Positions 23,076-35,635 are shown, counted from the first letter of the stretch. The stretch is DNA of 64,000 nt from Emiliania huxleyi CCMP1516 (GCF_000372725.1 NW_005202428.1:586679-650678); one strand, 5' to 3'. Program-made: numbers and translations. The notes: generated by a model from the letters alone, not told the origin.

Positions 23076-23376
23076 GCAGGCGGCGCACGATCGGCGGCCG
23101 ATTGCTCAGGACAGCGTGCATCAGCGCGGTCATGCCGTTGCTGGCCTGCTGGTTGACCTTGGCGCCGCGTCCCAGGAGCAGACCTGCTTCCGCATCTTCA
23201 GCCGGGCGCGCTCTCCCACTCCCATCCTCAGGCAGCCGCCCCGTCGCCTCGCGGAATTCTTGCAGGAGCGCCTTGCACGCCTGCAAGGTCGCGTCGTCCA
23301 GGTGCCCGCCCGTCTCCTCGGCCCGCTTCATCATCATCCTGACTTTGTCGGCCCTGCGTGACGGGTCCCCTGACAT
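23076..23376 (-). pseudogene. Ankyrin-repeat gene, 5' fragment
   Basis: MSGDPSRRADK... LLLGRGAKVNQQASNGMTALMHAVLSNRPPIVRRLL, ending abruptly at the LINE fragment. Confidence 0.65.
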
Positions 23377-23646
23377 GACCGTCTCCGACTTGTCACCCGT
23401 TGTTTGACTGGGTTGGCCGACGGTTTTGGGGTGCATCGAAGAAAGAAATCCCTTTTCGTGTGGGCGGCGTGCCGTCCTCCCATCCCTCCCTTGGATTACC
23501 TTTTCTTTTTCTTTTTTTAGATCTATAACGGGACGGCGGAAAGACTTCACAAAATTGAAATGCTCGACTCGCCGGATGTGTGTGACGGCGAGACTGAGAA
23601 AGTACATACGCGAGGGGTGGGACGTGCTCACCGCTCCGCTGTCACG

Positions 23647-26600
23647 TCAGCGCATCATGATCTCTTTGAAGACGAGCTGGTCCACCCACATGCAATCGTT
23701 GAGCCGCTCTCGGCCGACGAGCATCGTCAGCTGGCGCCGCACCTCCCTCTCGGGCACATCCTGCCCACGCGCCTCGGTGAGGTACGCGTACACGGGCGGG
23801 AAGAGGTCGCCCAGCGCCTCACGACACTTGTCCTGCAGCGCCGGCACCGCCGGCCGCGGCGGCGGCGCCGCCGCCGGCGGCGGCCGCGGCGGCGCCTCCT
23901 CGTGGGAGAGGGAGGTCGGCGAGAAGGAGGAGGAGGAGGCGCGGTGAGGGGGTGCGCTCGGCCCTCGCGGGTACTCGGCGAGCGCGCTCAGCGCCTCGCT
24001 CGACGCGCCTCGCCCGTACTCGTGCGCCGCCGCCCGCTCGGCCAGCCCGGCGGTGGAGGAGCGGCGCGACGCGGCGAGGGCGAGCCGGTCCTGCGACAGC
24101 TGCGCCTGGCGAGGCGTGGCGCGGGGGGCGTCAGAGGAGAGGTGGCGAGGGCGGCTGCTGCGCCCCGAGGCCGGGCGAGAGGAGCGACGCGGGAGGTGTG
24201 CGGCGGCGGGTGTGCGGGGTGCAGTCTCACGCTCTGCGCCAAGAGGCGCGGGCACGCGCGAGCCACGAGAACTGCGGCTAGGCGGGGAGGCGATCGGACG
24301 CAGCAGGGTACGCGTTGCCGCCTCGAGTGCTAGTTGAATGCAGACAGCTATCTCTACGCCGCGGCGCCTGCGCCGCCTGCTGCAGCAGCCGCTGCCGCTC
24401 CGCCGCGTCGCGCGCGTTCGAGTCCCTCGCGGCAGCGGCGGCGCGTTGGGTTCGCTGCAGCATCGCGGGGTCGTGCTTCAGCGTCGCCTCGTACTCGTCA
24501 AAATCGTCCTCGTACGCCCCCTCCTCCTCCTCGTCGTTGTCCTCAGCCCCAAAGCAACCCGCGGAAGAACCGGCCCCGGCCCCTCCGTCGCCGCCTCCGC
24601 CACGCTGCGCCCAGCCCTGCAGCCCCGCTGGCGCCGGCGTGCGCCCCCTGCTGGGCGCCTGCTCGCTACCGAGCTTCGCCCGAGGGCCCTCCTGCGGCAG
24701 CGCAAACGTGAGGCACGTGAGGCAAGCGTCTCCACACACGCGCGCAAGCGCAACCCTGGCTCTACCCCCCTCGGTGGCTCTCTCCCCCTCCCCACCCTGT
24801 GACATGACATCAAAAGCCCCCCCGCGGCGTTGAGAGTGCGATGTGCCCCCCCGGGGGCAAAGGATGGGTCTGCCTGCGACGGCGGCCTCCAGCCAAGGGG
24901 AGGCCCGTCCGAGGCAGAGCGCGAGTGGGAGGCCTACAGTGGGTGCACACCAGAGTGAGGGGGGGCGAAAGGACAGGATCGAAGGTGCGCAAACAGTGAG
25001 TCCAGCTGCGCGTCCTCTCCCGCGCTGGTTGGAATACACGGGCGGCTCCGTATTCCGCATCTAGGGCGGCATGCCGGTCGCTCCGGCCGGCTAGACGGCA
25101 GCGACGGCGTGGGGGAGTGCATCGGCGACGGCTGCGGCGGCGAGTGCAGGCGGCTGGTGGAGGGGGAGGCCGCGCCGACCGGCTCGACGCCACTCCCCCG
25201 CGCGCGGTGCTCCTGCGGCCGGTAGTGCGGCGACGGCTGCGGCAAGTGCGACGGCGGCGGCTGCACGGGCGGCGTCCCGGCGCGGAACGGCAGCGGCGAC
25301 CCCGCCAGCGATGCTGCGGCGGAGGGGGCAACGTCCCACCCGCCCGCGCCGCCCGCGCCGCTGCGCATCGTGCTGCCGGCGGCGGCGCACGCCGCATTCC
25401 CCGGCGCGCACGACGCGTCCAAGTTGGACCGGAGCTGCATCGAGCGGATGCCCTTTGCGATCTCGCGGTTCTCCGAGATGGAGCTGCGCGCGTGCCTAGA
25501 AGGTTCCTAGAAGCTTCCTAGACGGCTCCTACAAACCTCTCCGAGATGGAACCGGGTGCGTGCCTCTGTAGCTCGACCGACCGCCGGTCCGCGTCCGCCA
25601 GCTTGCGCCGCCTACGCTCGGCCGGTCTCGTGTGACCTCCGCGCCGACCGCCGGTCTCCGCCTCCGCCAGCCGCCTCATCCGCTCTGCCGGAGTGAGCTC
25701 TCCATCGCCCGACGCAGAGCCGCGGCAAGACTCCTCGGCAATGGTCTCGTACCCTCCCGAGCCGAGCTGCTCGGCCGACGAGCCGCGGTCAGCGAAGGAG
25801 CTCACCTAGAAGGTTCATAGAGGGCTCCTGGAAGCCTCCTGGAAGCCTCCTGGAAGCCTCCTAGAAGGTCAGCGAAGGGGCCCACCGAGCTGCGGCGCGG
25901 CGGAGGCACCCCGAACCGCTCTGTCGCGCCGAGCGCGTCTCCGCCTGTGACCGGAAGATGGATGAGGCGGGGTGGATGCCGCGTGGGGAGGGAGTGCGGC
26001 GGAGCACGTGTCCTCTCGAGTGCGGCATGTACCCGCGAGTCGGGCCGCGCGCATCTCTCTTTCGCATCTGCAGCCTCCGCCAGGAGAGGCTGGCCTCAGC
26101 TCCTCGCGCCGGAGCGGCGGGTGCTCCGCGTATTCGGGCGCGAAAGACGCGGCGCGGCGGGCGGCGGGCGGGGTGGGGTTGCCCTCAGGGGAGTGGGAGG
26201 ACGGCCCCGCGGCGGCGAAGGAGCGGCGCGGCGCCGGCGCCGGCATGAGCCTCTCCCCCGACGACGACGCCGAGCCCGAGTCTCTCGAGCGGTCGGCGGA
26301 CGGGACGAGGGACGCGCGGCGGGCGGTCCCGCTCTGGGGCCGGCTGAGCGGCGCGCTGGCGGCGCCCGCCCGCGCCTCGCCCGACGAGAGCCCTCCAGAG
26401 GAGGGGCGCCGCGTGGCAGACCCGATCGGCTGCCGCATTGTTCGGCTCCCGCCGTTGCTGCTGCTGCTGCTGCTGCTGCCGCCGCTGCCTCCGCCTCCGC
26501 CTCCGCCTCCGCCTCCGCCTCCGCCTCCGCCTCCGCCGCTGCCGCCTCCGCCGCCTCCGCCTCCGCCTCCGCCGCCGCGGCACGAGGAGCCGGGCGCGGC

Positions 26601-27512
26601 GGCGCGCTGTGGTGTGCGCGCACCGGCGGCGGTCTCGTCGCGCCCTTGCGGCTGGCGCGGTGCGGCGAGCATCGACGCGGGCGCCGACTGCGCGAGCTGC
26701 GAGGTGAGGAACTCGCGCACAAACGGCGTGGCGAGTATGTCGTCGAGCGACGGTCGGTGCTCGGGCTGCTTGGCGAGCATCCGGCCGACGAGCTCGCGCA
26801 GCCGAGGCGAGTACGACTCGGGCAGCGGCGGGTACTTTTGCTGCACGATCTTGTACACCAGCCCGAGGAGGTTGGAGCCGTTCCAGGCCTGCTGCAGCGC
26901 GCACATCTCGTAGAGAATGCAGCCGAGGGCCCAGACGTCAGACTTGAACGAGTACGGCTGGTTCTGGCACACCTCGGGCGACATGTAGTACGGCGTCCCG
27001 ATCACCGTGCTCGCCGCCGCCATCGACCCCTCCATCACCTTTGCGATGCCGAAATCGCCGAGCTTGATGAGCGCGCGCCCGTTGTGATGCGCGATGAAGA
27101 TGTTTTGCGTCTTGAGGTCGCGGTGGAGGATGCGCTTGGAGTGGACATAGCGCAGCGCCATCACCATCTGCACGAACCAGTCCAGCACCTGCTTCTCGTC
27201 GAAGGACTCGCCGCGCGTGGCGCGCCGTTTGATTTCGTGCGAGAGGTCGCCTCCCTCGCAGTACGCCATCACGACGCACAGCGTCTGGCTCGCGCGGCAC
27301 ACAAAGTGCTCGTGGTAGCGCACGATGCCAGGGTGGTCGAGCGAGCGCAGCACCTCCACCTCTTGCTGCGCCTGCGCCCGCTCGTCCTCCGTGAAGGCCT
27401 CCATCGAGATCTGCTTGAGGCAGTAGTCACGGCCGTTACGTACGTCGCGCGCGAGTGCGACGGTGCCATAGTTGCCTCTGCCGATACGCTTCAGGTCGGC
27501 ATAGTTGTCCAT
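23647..27512 (-). CDS. NIMA-related kinase (NEK family), multi-exon
   Basis: MDNYADLKRIGRGNYG, CLKQI, HRDLKTQNIF, DFGIAKV, IGTPYYMSPEVCQNQPYSFKSDVWALGC; low-complexity middle; NEK-type tail CREALGDLFPPVYAYL...VDQLVFKE. Confidence 0.9.
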
Positions 27513-28199
27513 GGCGTCCGCCGCGAGCCGCGGCGAGGATGTGAGGCACTTGTGGGCTGGGCCCCTCGCCGCGGCTCGCCCCAGCCAGCCCCTCCGAACG
27601 CTCTCTCGCTCAGGAAGGAGAAACGCGAGTGCGGGAGTTGTTTTGTTTTTGCGGCCCATCTCTCCGGGAGATGCCTGCTCGATTTATTTACTTATTTTGT
27701 AGTGCCGAACGCCTCAGCACGCTGTGATTTTGCGTGAGCTCTGTGTCTTGATCTGTTAACAACAAAACCTAAAAGCGCAAGCAAGGCAAGAAACGCTGCC
27801 AATTGCGAACCACGGACGGAGCGGGCGCAGGGCGAAAAGAGTTTCTCGCACGGTCGCTGGCGGCGAGGTGGGGGACTAACACGTCGGACACGTCCACGAC
27901 AGGCACGCATGGGACCCTTCAGGCGTCAAATCGCGTTTCTTATTACCGGGATTAAAATTCTTATTATTGAGCCGGGGCTCACTCTCGCCGCGCGCGCTAC
28001 CTACACGTTTTCACGTTTTGGCGGAACGCATGCGGTAACAATGCTGCTGCGCGTACTCTGCCTCGCAGGTCTGGGGTTGGCACTACCTGCATCTCCCGGG
28101 GCGGATGCTGACTTTGACATTGATGCGCACTTCTCGAGGTACATTCTCGGCAAACTGTTCTATTACAACGGCACCAGCCAGGCACGGCAAAAATCTTGT

Positions 28200-28445
28200 A
28201 TAAAGAAAGAAAGAAAACAGACAACCCAAACGAGGGATAGGGGAGGAGGACAGGGTCCACACACACCTGCACGACAGCACGAGCAGGAAGGATTTTGGTT
28301 GGAAGGACGATCAGGGGGACAGGTGGGGCTCTCCTGCTCCTGACAAGGGACACGACAGGCTCGCAGCGCGGTGCACGGTGGAATCCCAACTCCACTGGCG
28401 GTCTCACTCATCTCAGTCTAGCGACCTGCCTCCAGCTTCTCATCT
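28200..28445. repeat. Inverted copy of the dispersed repeat at 3290-3630
   Basis: Reverse-complement identity over more than 100 bp. Confidence 0.85.
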
Positions 28446-28567
28446 CAACGCAAACAAATATCTTCTTCCAGCCAGGGCTTCACCAGAGCTGTCGGCGCCG
28501 CAACGCCACGGTGAACGCCGCTGGGCGCGGAGTGTGGCGAGTCAGTTTGGGGGTCTCCCGTGTGCAC

Positions 28568-30949
28568 ATGGAACCTTCTGCACATCACGCCGTGCGGGAG
28601 CCGCAGCTTCAGTTCCAAATCGAAGACCTCGACGAACTTCCACACGGCAGTGGCACCGAGTGCATGCGATCGCCGCCCGATGCGAGCGTTCAACAGCAGC
28701 CAGAGGGCGAGGCGGAGGCGGCGGAGGCGTCCGCGAGGGCTAGACGCGAGCGACGCGTGGACCCCGCCTGCCCGCAGGGCGAGTCGTACACGCGCGCCGA
28801 GTTCCGCGCCTTTTACGGCTCCCTCGAGCAGTGGCACGCCGCGGCTCCCTTGAGCAGTGGCAGCTCAGGCACGCCTCAGTCAGGCGGGGCGGCGGCGGGC
28901 TCTTCGGACTCGCCGTATCCCCGCGCCTCCGCGCTGCCGCCGGGCTGGAGCAAGATCACCGACTACGGCAAGATCAAGGGCTACCGCGGGCCGGACGGCA
29001 AGAAGGTCACGACGAAGAGGGCGGCGTGGCGCCTGCACGAGGAGGCGGCGGAGGAGACGGGGGCGAGCTCCGAGACTAAGGAGGTCGAGGTGGAGGTTGA
29101 CGAGGAGGATGGCCCCGATTGTGGCGTGGCGCCGCCGCCGCGCCCCGCCGCTCCACCGCCACCTCGCCCCGCCGAGCGTGCCGCACCGCTCTCGGCCGCG
29201 CCGCCCTCTGAGCTGGCGGCCAGGGCCGCCGCAACGTCTGCCGCTTACGGGGCGTTGACGCCCCCCCGCAAGCGGCAGAAGACTGGCGGCGCTGGCGGCA
29301 GCAGCACGAGTGGCGGCGGCGTCTCCGAGGACGCCATGCTGGCGGCGGCTGCGGCGGCAGATCCGCAAGAGATCGTGACGGCGATCGTGTGCGACGGCTG
29401 CGAGGCGGCGTTTGAGCTGCCGCCCGGCGAGCTCGTCCCAGATGGCGACTGGTTCTGCGCGGCGTGCAAGTCCGCTGAGCCGCAGGGAGCGGCGGCCACC
29501 GCCAGCGCCACCGGCGCTTCCTCCTCCGCCGCCGCCTCCGGCGCCCAACGGCAGGCGCCGCCGCCGCCGCCACGGCCGCCGCCCCAGAAGCTGCCGCCGA
29601 AGCTTGGTGTCGGCGCCCGAGTACGCGTCAAGGGCAAGGGCTATGGCATCGTGCTGAAGCAGGAGCGGGATGGCGATTGGTTGACGGTGCAACTGGACAG
29701 CACCGGGGGACCAATCAAGGCGCAATCAACGGCGGTCTTCGCTACCGGCGAGGGGCAGGAGGCATCGGCACCGGCGGGTGGGGAAGCGGCCAGGAGCGGC
29801 GGCACCCCCTCAAAGCCAGACGGCCCTCCGTCGCCGAGCGCTACGGCTGAGCATCAGGCTGAGTTGGACGAGGTGAGGCGAGAGGCGGCGGCGGAGGCGG
29901 CGGCGCGTGTGGCGGCGGAGGAGAGGAGCGCCGCCCTCGAGCGGAGGGCCCAGGTCGCCGAGGAGAAAAGCGTCGAGTTCGAGCGGAGGGAGAAGGAGGA
30001 GAAGGCGGCGCGCGAGGCGGCAGAGGCCAAGCTGAGTGCCGCTGAGGAGGAGTTGGCGTCGCAGAAGGCGGCGCGCGAGGAGGAGAAGGAGGCGCGTGAG
30101 GCGGCCGAGAGGCGCCTGGCAGAGGAGAGGGAAAGCAGCGCCGCCGAGATCGCCGCGCTCAAGATGGACACCGAAATCTTGTGGAGGCGGAATCTACAAA
30201 ACTAGAGGCTGAGTTGTTACTGAGAAGTGAACAAATTGTAAAACATTCTGTCTGGCGCCCCGGGGGCCAATATGGACCCCGTGGCGCCCGCGCTCTCTGG
30301 GCCGGCGGGCGGCGATGGTACGATCGCCGCCGCGGGGGAGGAGGAGGAGGTCGAGGGCGCTGCTGCCGCCGCCGAGAGGCGGGCCGCCGCGCTCCGGAGA
30401 CCCCAATTGTCGCCGATCCTTCAGCGACGCGCCATACCGACACCGGGCACAGTTCGCAGCCACTTGCTGCCCCCCTGCGTCCGCCGCGGAGCTTCGGATT
30501 CTACTTACAGCGGCGCGGACGCGGAGGAGGCAGGCGGGGGCTCTGGGGCGGCGGAGGCGAGCGCGGCGGCCACGGCCGAGGAGGACAAGCGCGTCCGGGC
30601 GCTGAGGATTGCCCTGCAGCACAAGACGCAGATGCCCGTGACGGACGAGGAGGCCCGGGCTATCCTCCAGGCGCGAGGGGGTCGCGAGACTCCCGTGACG
30701 GAGGAGGAGGCGCGGGTCATCTTTCGGGCGCGGGGACACGTCGCGCGGCAGGGCTACCTTTCAGGCGCGGGCGCGCGGGCGCGGCGGGCGCGCCACGGCA
30801 TCGCCGGCGCTGGCGAGCAAGGGCGGCGAGAAGCTATCGCGGCGTGGGAAGAAGGCGGTGGCGAAGGAGGCGGGCGAGGTGGCATCACGCGAGGAAGGCG
30901 AGGCGATTTCTCGCGCGACGCTCGAGTCGCTGTTGGCGTCCACCGATGA
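28568..30949 (+). CDS. Mosaic chromatin-type protein: MBD-like, PHD-like, SH3/KOW-like and coiled coil; 3' part probably spliced
   Basis: LPPGWSK....KGYRGPDGKKVTTKRAAWR (MBD-like), IVCDGCEAAF...VPDGDWFCAAC (PHD-like half), LGVGARVRVKGKGYGIV, long EA-rich coiled coil, downstream TDEEARAIL repeats. Confidence 0.55.
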
Positions 30950-31363
30950 GTATGACGATCGGCCGTCGATCCCGAGGCACGAGGGTCGTCGGTTGAGCTA
31001 GGGAGCCTGGCGATGGACGCCACCGCGACCCCTCGTGGCATCTCTCTCGCCGTCGGCGAGCTAGGGGCTCACGGACGGCCGACTTTTTATATGACCAGTA
31101 GGACAGCCGTGAGTGTGAATCGGATTTTCCGAGTGAGTTTGCGTCCGTCCACCGTCTTCGTGGACGTCTGTCCTCGTGACACCCACACCCCAACGGCCTG
31201 TCTTGCTTCTGTCGTACCGGTGTCAGCCTCTCTGTAGAGCATCCGGGACGATCCTGCCACATCCATACCGCGACGTGCGGGCTGCGCTCAGGGCAGCACA
31301 GTGCCGCTCAGGGCCACGCCGTCGCCAGGAGAGGCGGGCGGCCCGACGGGCAGCTCTCCCGGC

Positions 31364-32442
31364 ATGGTTCTGGCAGAGGTTTCGCCGTCCGGGGACGGCG
31401 GGATGGGTATCGTCGAGCTCCTCAAGGCAAAGCGGGGCGGGAAGTCCCTACCATGTGGAGACGATCAGTTGGCTGTAGTCGCCGAGGCTATGGTCGGGGA
31501 CGGGACGAGCGCCGCGACGCTGCGGGAGAACATCGGCGACGCGAGCATGGTCGACGTCGTCTCGCCGTACTTTGCGACAGCCATGGGCAGGGACACGCTG
31601 CCGCCCTTCCCGCAGGCCATCCTCCGGGCGTGGTGGCTTGGGGCCGCTCAGACTGGAGGCGCCCTGCAGGTGGCCCGATCGGCGAGCGCCCTGCCGGGGC
31701 GCGTCGCGTCGGCTCCAGCGGCAGAGGAGGAGTCCGCCCTGACCGAGGTGCAGGTCGCCGAGCTTGCCAAGCAGAATCTCAGCTCGACAGGCGCGCTCGC
31801 ACTTAGCGTCTCCCTCCTCACTGGGTACGTAGTCACAGCCATGGACCTGGCAAGCGGGGACCGGCCTTCGAGGGCGCAGTCTTCGGCCGGAACCTGTGGA
31901 CAGTCAAGTGCGTGCGACAGACCAAAGACGACCCGGGCAGCCTCCACCACATGCCCTCAAATCTGGCGAGCGGAGCCAGGTCGTCCAGCATCTCCGCAAT
32001 CTTGGCAAAGGCTACCGCGAGAGGGATATGCTGGCCGAGGCTTCACTCATCCTCGAGTTTTCGTCGGGACTGGGCGAATTCACGGAGGACAAGCAGTTCT
32101 TCGACTACATCCAGCGGTATTTCCGCAAAGTACCCGGGGCGCGGCCTGCCGGAGCTGCCGCTCGACCGCATCGTTCGCGACGACGTCTACCGCGAGCATG
32201 AGAGGTCAGTCGAGTCGTTCGAGAAGGAGCTGGCCGAGCTCGCCAAGCGCGTGACCAAGGCGGAGGCGGCATCGGCGGAGGCCCAGCGGACGGCCGATGA
32301 GGCGAAGCGGTCGGGCAAGTCCGGCGCCCCAAGACTTGCTGGTGGTGCGGCGAGGAGGGGCACGTCAAGGGGCCTGACTGCCCCGTCTTCAGCGCTGGGG
32401 AGCCGAAGGTCAAGAAGGGCAACTGACGCCCGCGGGACCTAG
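31364..32442 (+). mobile_element. Degenerate gag-like ORF of a retroelement
   Basis: Frameshifted ORF with YIQRYFRKYPGRGLP, a coiled coil, then CWWCGEEGHVKGPDC (CCHC knuckle, about 32336-32381). Confidence 0.6.
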
Positions 32443-32980
32443 CCCCACCGACCTGCCTCGCTCGCTCCGCGTGACACTCACGCGCCGCGGGCGGGGCTCG
32501 GGCGGACGGTGAGGCGCCCCACCGCGCCGTGGCTGCCCGGGCTCATCAAGGGAGAGCCGACGCCCCTAACAGGGTGGCTCCTTCTCTGATCCTCGCCCGG
32601 GCAGCCCGGCGCTTTTCTGTGTTCCCACCTCACAGAGGTGATGGCGCCTCTCCTCCCCGACACCAGGGCGAGGCAGGCGTCTCCTCACACCTGGTGGGGT
32701 GGTTCGGTGTGTTTGGTGCGTCGTCTGTGGCACCACAGTAGTCGCGACCAGGCTGTCGAAGCCGGTGCTGGTGCCTGAGAGGGTTGAGGCGGGGGTGGTG
32801 TTTCACTAGCCACTAGCACTAGAGCCGTACACCAAAAGTACACCAAAATACCCAAATCTGCCATAAGTCAGAAGAGCACAGGAGCACAGCTGTTGGTCAT
32901 GGTCTGAGGTCTCGACGCACTCTCACGCGGAAAACACTCTCGTCACCCCATCCCCGGGGCGGACACGTACGGCTTTACTA

Positions 32981-35635
32981 CTACCACGTACCTCCTCGTA
33001 CGTACAGCTTCAGCTCGTGTGTATTGACGTAGAGCGGTGTACCCGCCGCGTGTGGCAACTGCCGCCGTTTGTGACCCGGGCGCCGGACGATGCAGACAAA
33101 CAGCTCAGATGTCGTCGTCGTCGAGGTCGAGGTCGTGGTGCGAGTTTGCCGGCGGGGCGGACCCCAGCGACGACGCGTGCGCCGCGAAGCCGCGCTGAGT
33201 GGCGCGCGAGTCGACGCTGCCGCCTGCCCCCGCCCCGGCGCCCGCAACCGTCTCCTGGCTCCACGCCTACCCCCACACGCCGGGACAGCTCGACTCTCTC
33301 CCTCGATCTCTCGGGAAAGAGAGGCCGCGCCCACTGCCTGGCTGGCCCCTGCCCGGCTGCCGGCCGGACTCGGAGAGCGGCAAGGCTGCGAGGCTGCGAA
33401 GCCGCCAAAGAGCGCCTGCGGCACGGGACACGCCAGCGGGGCTGGAGGAGGGCGGCTCTCGGGGCGGGCGCAGCATCCCTCCCCCCCGGCCCCCGCCCCG
33501 CCCGGGCGTGCCTCGTCGTCGTCGTCGCCGTCGCCCGATGCCGCCGGCGCCCAAGCAGCACCAACCCTCCGCCCGTGCCCGCCTGTGCGCAAGGCGGTAC
33601 CGCCGCCCGCCAGCGACGGGGAGGCGGCTCCAGAGCTCGAGGCGGCCGCGTCTCGTGAGAGCCGCTGCCGCAGCGGGGGCGGAGGAGGAGGCATGTACCG
33701 AGGTGCGGGCCGCGGCGGCGCGGCGGCACGCGCGGAGCCGCCGCCAATGCCTCCGCCGCCTCCGCCGCCGCCTCCGCCACCACCACCGCCACCGCCGCCG
33801 CCTCCGCCACCGCCTCCACCTCCACCTCCGCCGCGGCGGCGAGGGGCGAGCATCGACGCGGGGTACTGGTCCATGTCCTCCGGCGGAGAAGCCTCGACAC
33901 TTGCCTCGAGCCCGCCGCCTCCGAACCCACCGCCGCTGCCGCCTCGGACGTCGCAGCCTCCGACCCAATCCCGCCCCGACTCGAGCCGGCGCAGCTCCGC
34001 CTCCTCCCCCAAATCCACGTCGCTCACCAGCCGACCCAACCGCACCCGCGCCTGGGCCGGCGGCCCGCCGCCGCCGCCGCCGCCGCCACCGCCGCCACCG
34101 CCGCCGCCCAGCCGCTCCGCCTGTGGGGGGGCAGAAGCCCGGCGTGTGAGTGGAGTGGAGGGGGCCCTGCAGAGCCGCCGCCCCCGCCGACCCGCCACCT
34201 CGCGCTCCTCGGCGACGGCGGCGGCGAAGCGGCGCGCGACCTCGGCATCGCTCGGCATCTCCCCCGGCCGAGGCTGCGGCGGCCGCGCCTGGCGCGTCGG
34301 CTGCGGCGGCTGGCGGGGCTGCTGGCGGGGCTGCTGGCGGGGCTGCTGGCGGGGCTGCGGCTGCGGCTGCGGCTGCTGCGGCTGCTGCGGCGACTGTGGC
34401 CGCGGCCGTGGTGGCGACACTGGCTGCAGCCTCGACTGCTGCGGCTGCGGCTGCGGCGGCTGCTGCTGCTGCGGCTGCTGCGGCTGCTGCGGCTGCTGCG
34501 GCTGCTGCGGCTGCTGCGGCTGCTGCGGCTGCTGCGGCTGCTGCGGCTGCTGCGGCTGCTGCGGCTGCAGCGGCTGCGAGAGGGCGGGGCGGGGCGCTGC
34601 CTCCGCCTCTGGGGGCGCTCCCGCTTGAGCTGTGCCACGGGGCGGGACAGCGTAGAGGAGGGAGGCGGACCCTGCGGGGAGGGGGGGGGGGAGCCCGAAT
34701 GGAGCCAGGGGGACTTCCCCCCGAGGGGTGGGCCGAAGGGGCGGGGGGGGGNNNNNNNNNNNNNNNNNNNNNNNNNNNNNNNNNNNNNNNNNNNNNNNNN
34801 NNNNNNNNNNNNNNNNNNNNNNNNNNNNNNNNNNNNNNNNNNNNNNNNNNNGTGCGGCGACGGAGCGGATGAACGATGTCAAGTGCTGGGAACAACGCAC
34901 GGTGGCGATAAGAGACACGCTGCGAGATATCGACCAGTTCATGACAGGTAGATCGAAGACAGGAGGAGCAGATCGGAGCGGGCGGGGCGCGCCGGGGTTG
35001 TCGCTCAGTGCCGAGGGGTGGAGCGAGCCGTTCATCTCCCCAGACTCGTCGGCGAGGAGGATGCCGGCGGCCTCAGCGGGGACGGAGTCACGCGAGATGG
35101 AGCGCACCTGAAGGGCGCGGGAGAAGGGTGCCGGAGAAGGGGTGCCGTGTCTCTCTCCTCTCTTGTGCCGTGTCTTGTGCCGTCGGGAGAGGCGGCGTCA
35201 GAGAGAGCTCACCAGGACGAGGAGCGTGTTGGGGACCACCACCGGCTTGGCCCCCTTGAGCGAAGAGAGCGAGCACGCGGCGCTGCGCACCTCGGCCAGC
35301 GACCACAGCTCCGGTACCGCGTGCCTGTCTGGCGGCGGCCAGCGTTCCACGAACGGCGGTGGCGTCGGGCGCGGAAAGAGAGACTCGAGGTGGAGGAGGG
35401 CGGCCGTCTTGCGGAAGCCTCGCCGTGGAAGTTGCTCGGGCGGAGCGCCGCCGTGTGGTAGCGCGGTGGGCGCACTCAGAAGGGCGCCCACGGGGCCGGG
35501 GATGCGCTGCGTGCCTTGCACACGCACGGCTCCACTCGGCTGTGCTGAGGCGCCGTTGCTGGGAGGAGCGGCGGCGTTGCTGCCAGAGGGACCGTAATCG
35601 TCGTCGTCGTCGAGGTCGAGGTCGCTCGCCGGCAT
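32981..35635 (-). CDS. HROB: HROB/DUF4539-like OB-fold protein with Q/P-rich tail, spanning a gap; 3' structure uncertain
   Basis: MPASDLDLDDDD start; spliced segment VRSISRD...AGILLADESGEMNGSLHPSAL resembles the HROB 'L.DPTGEM.GTVH' motif. Confidence 0.45.
34752..34851. other. Assembly gap (N-run)
   Basis: Run of n characters. Confidence 1.

Noticed and set aside
22720..23631. 303-aa ORF as one gene
   Set aside because: It is a composite of an upstream region, an ankyrin fragment and an off-frame LINE sequence.
25947..27737. Long plus-strand ORFs opposite NEK (likewise 3930..5234, 12628..14028, 33090..34628 and 50475..51485)
   Set aside because: Antisense shadows caused by high GC3; the opposite strand carries the recognisable domains.
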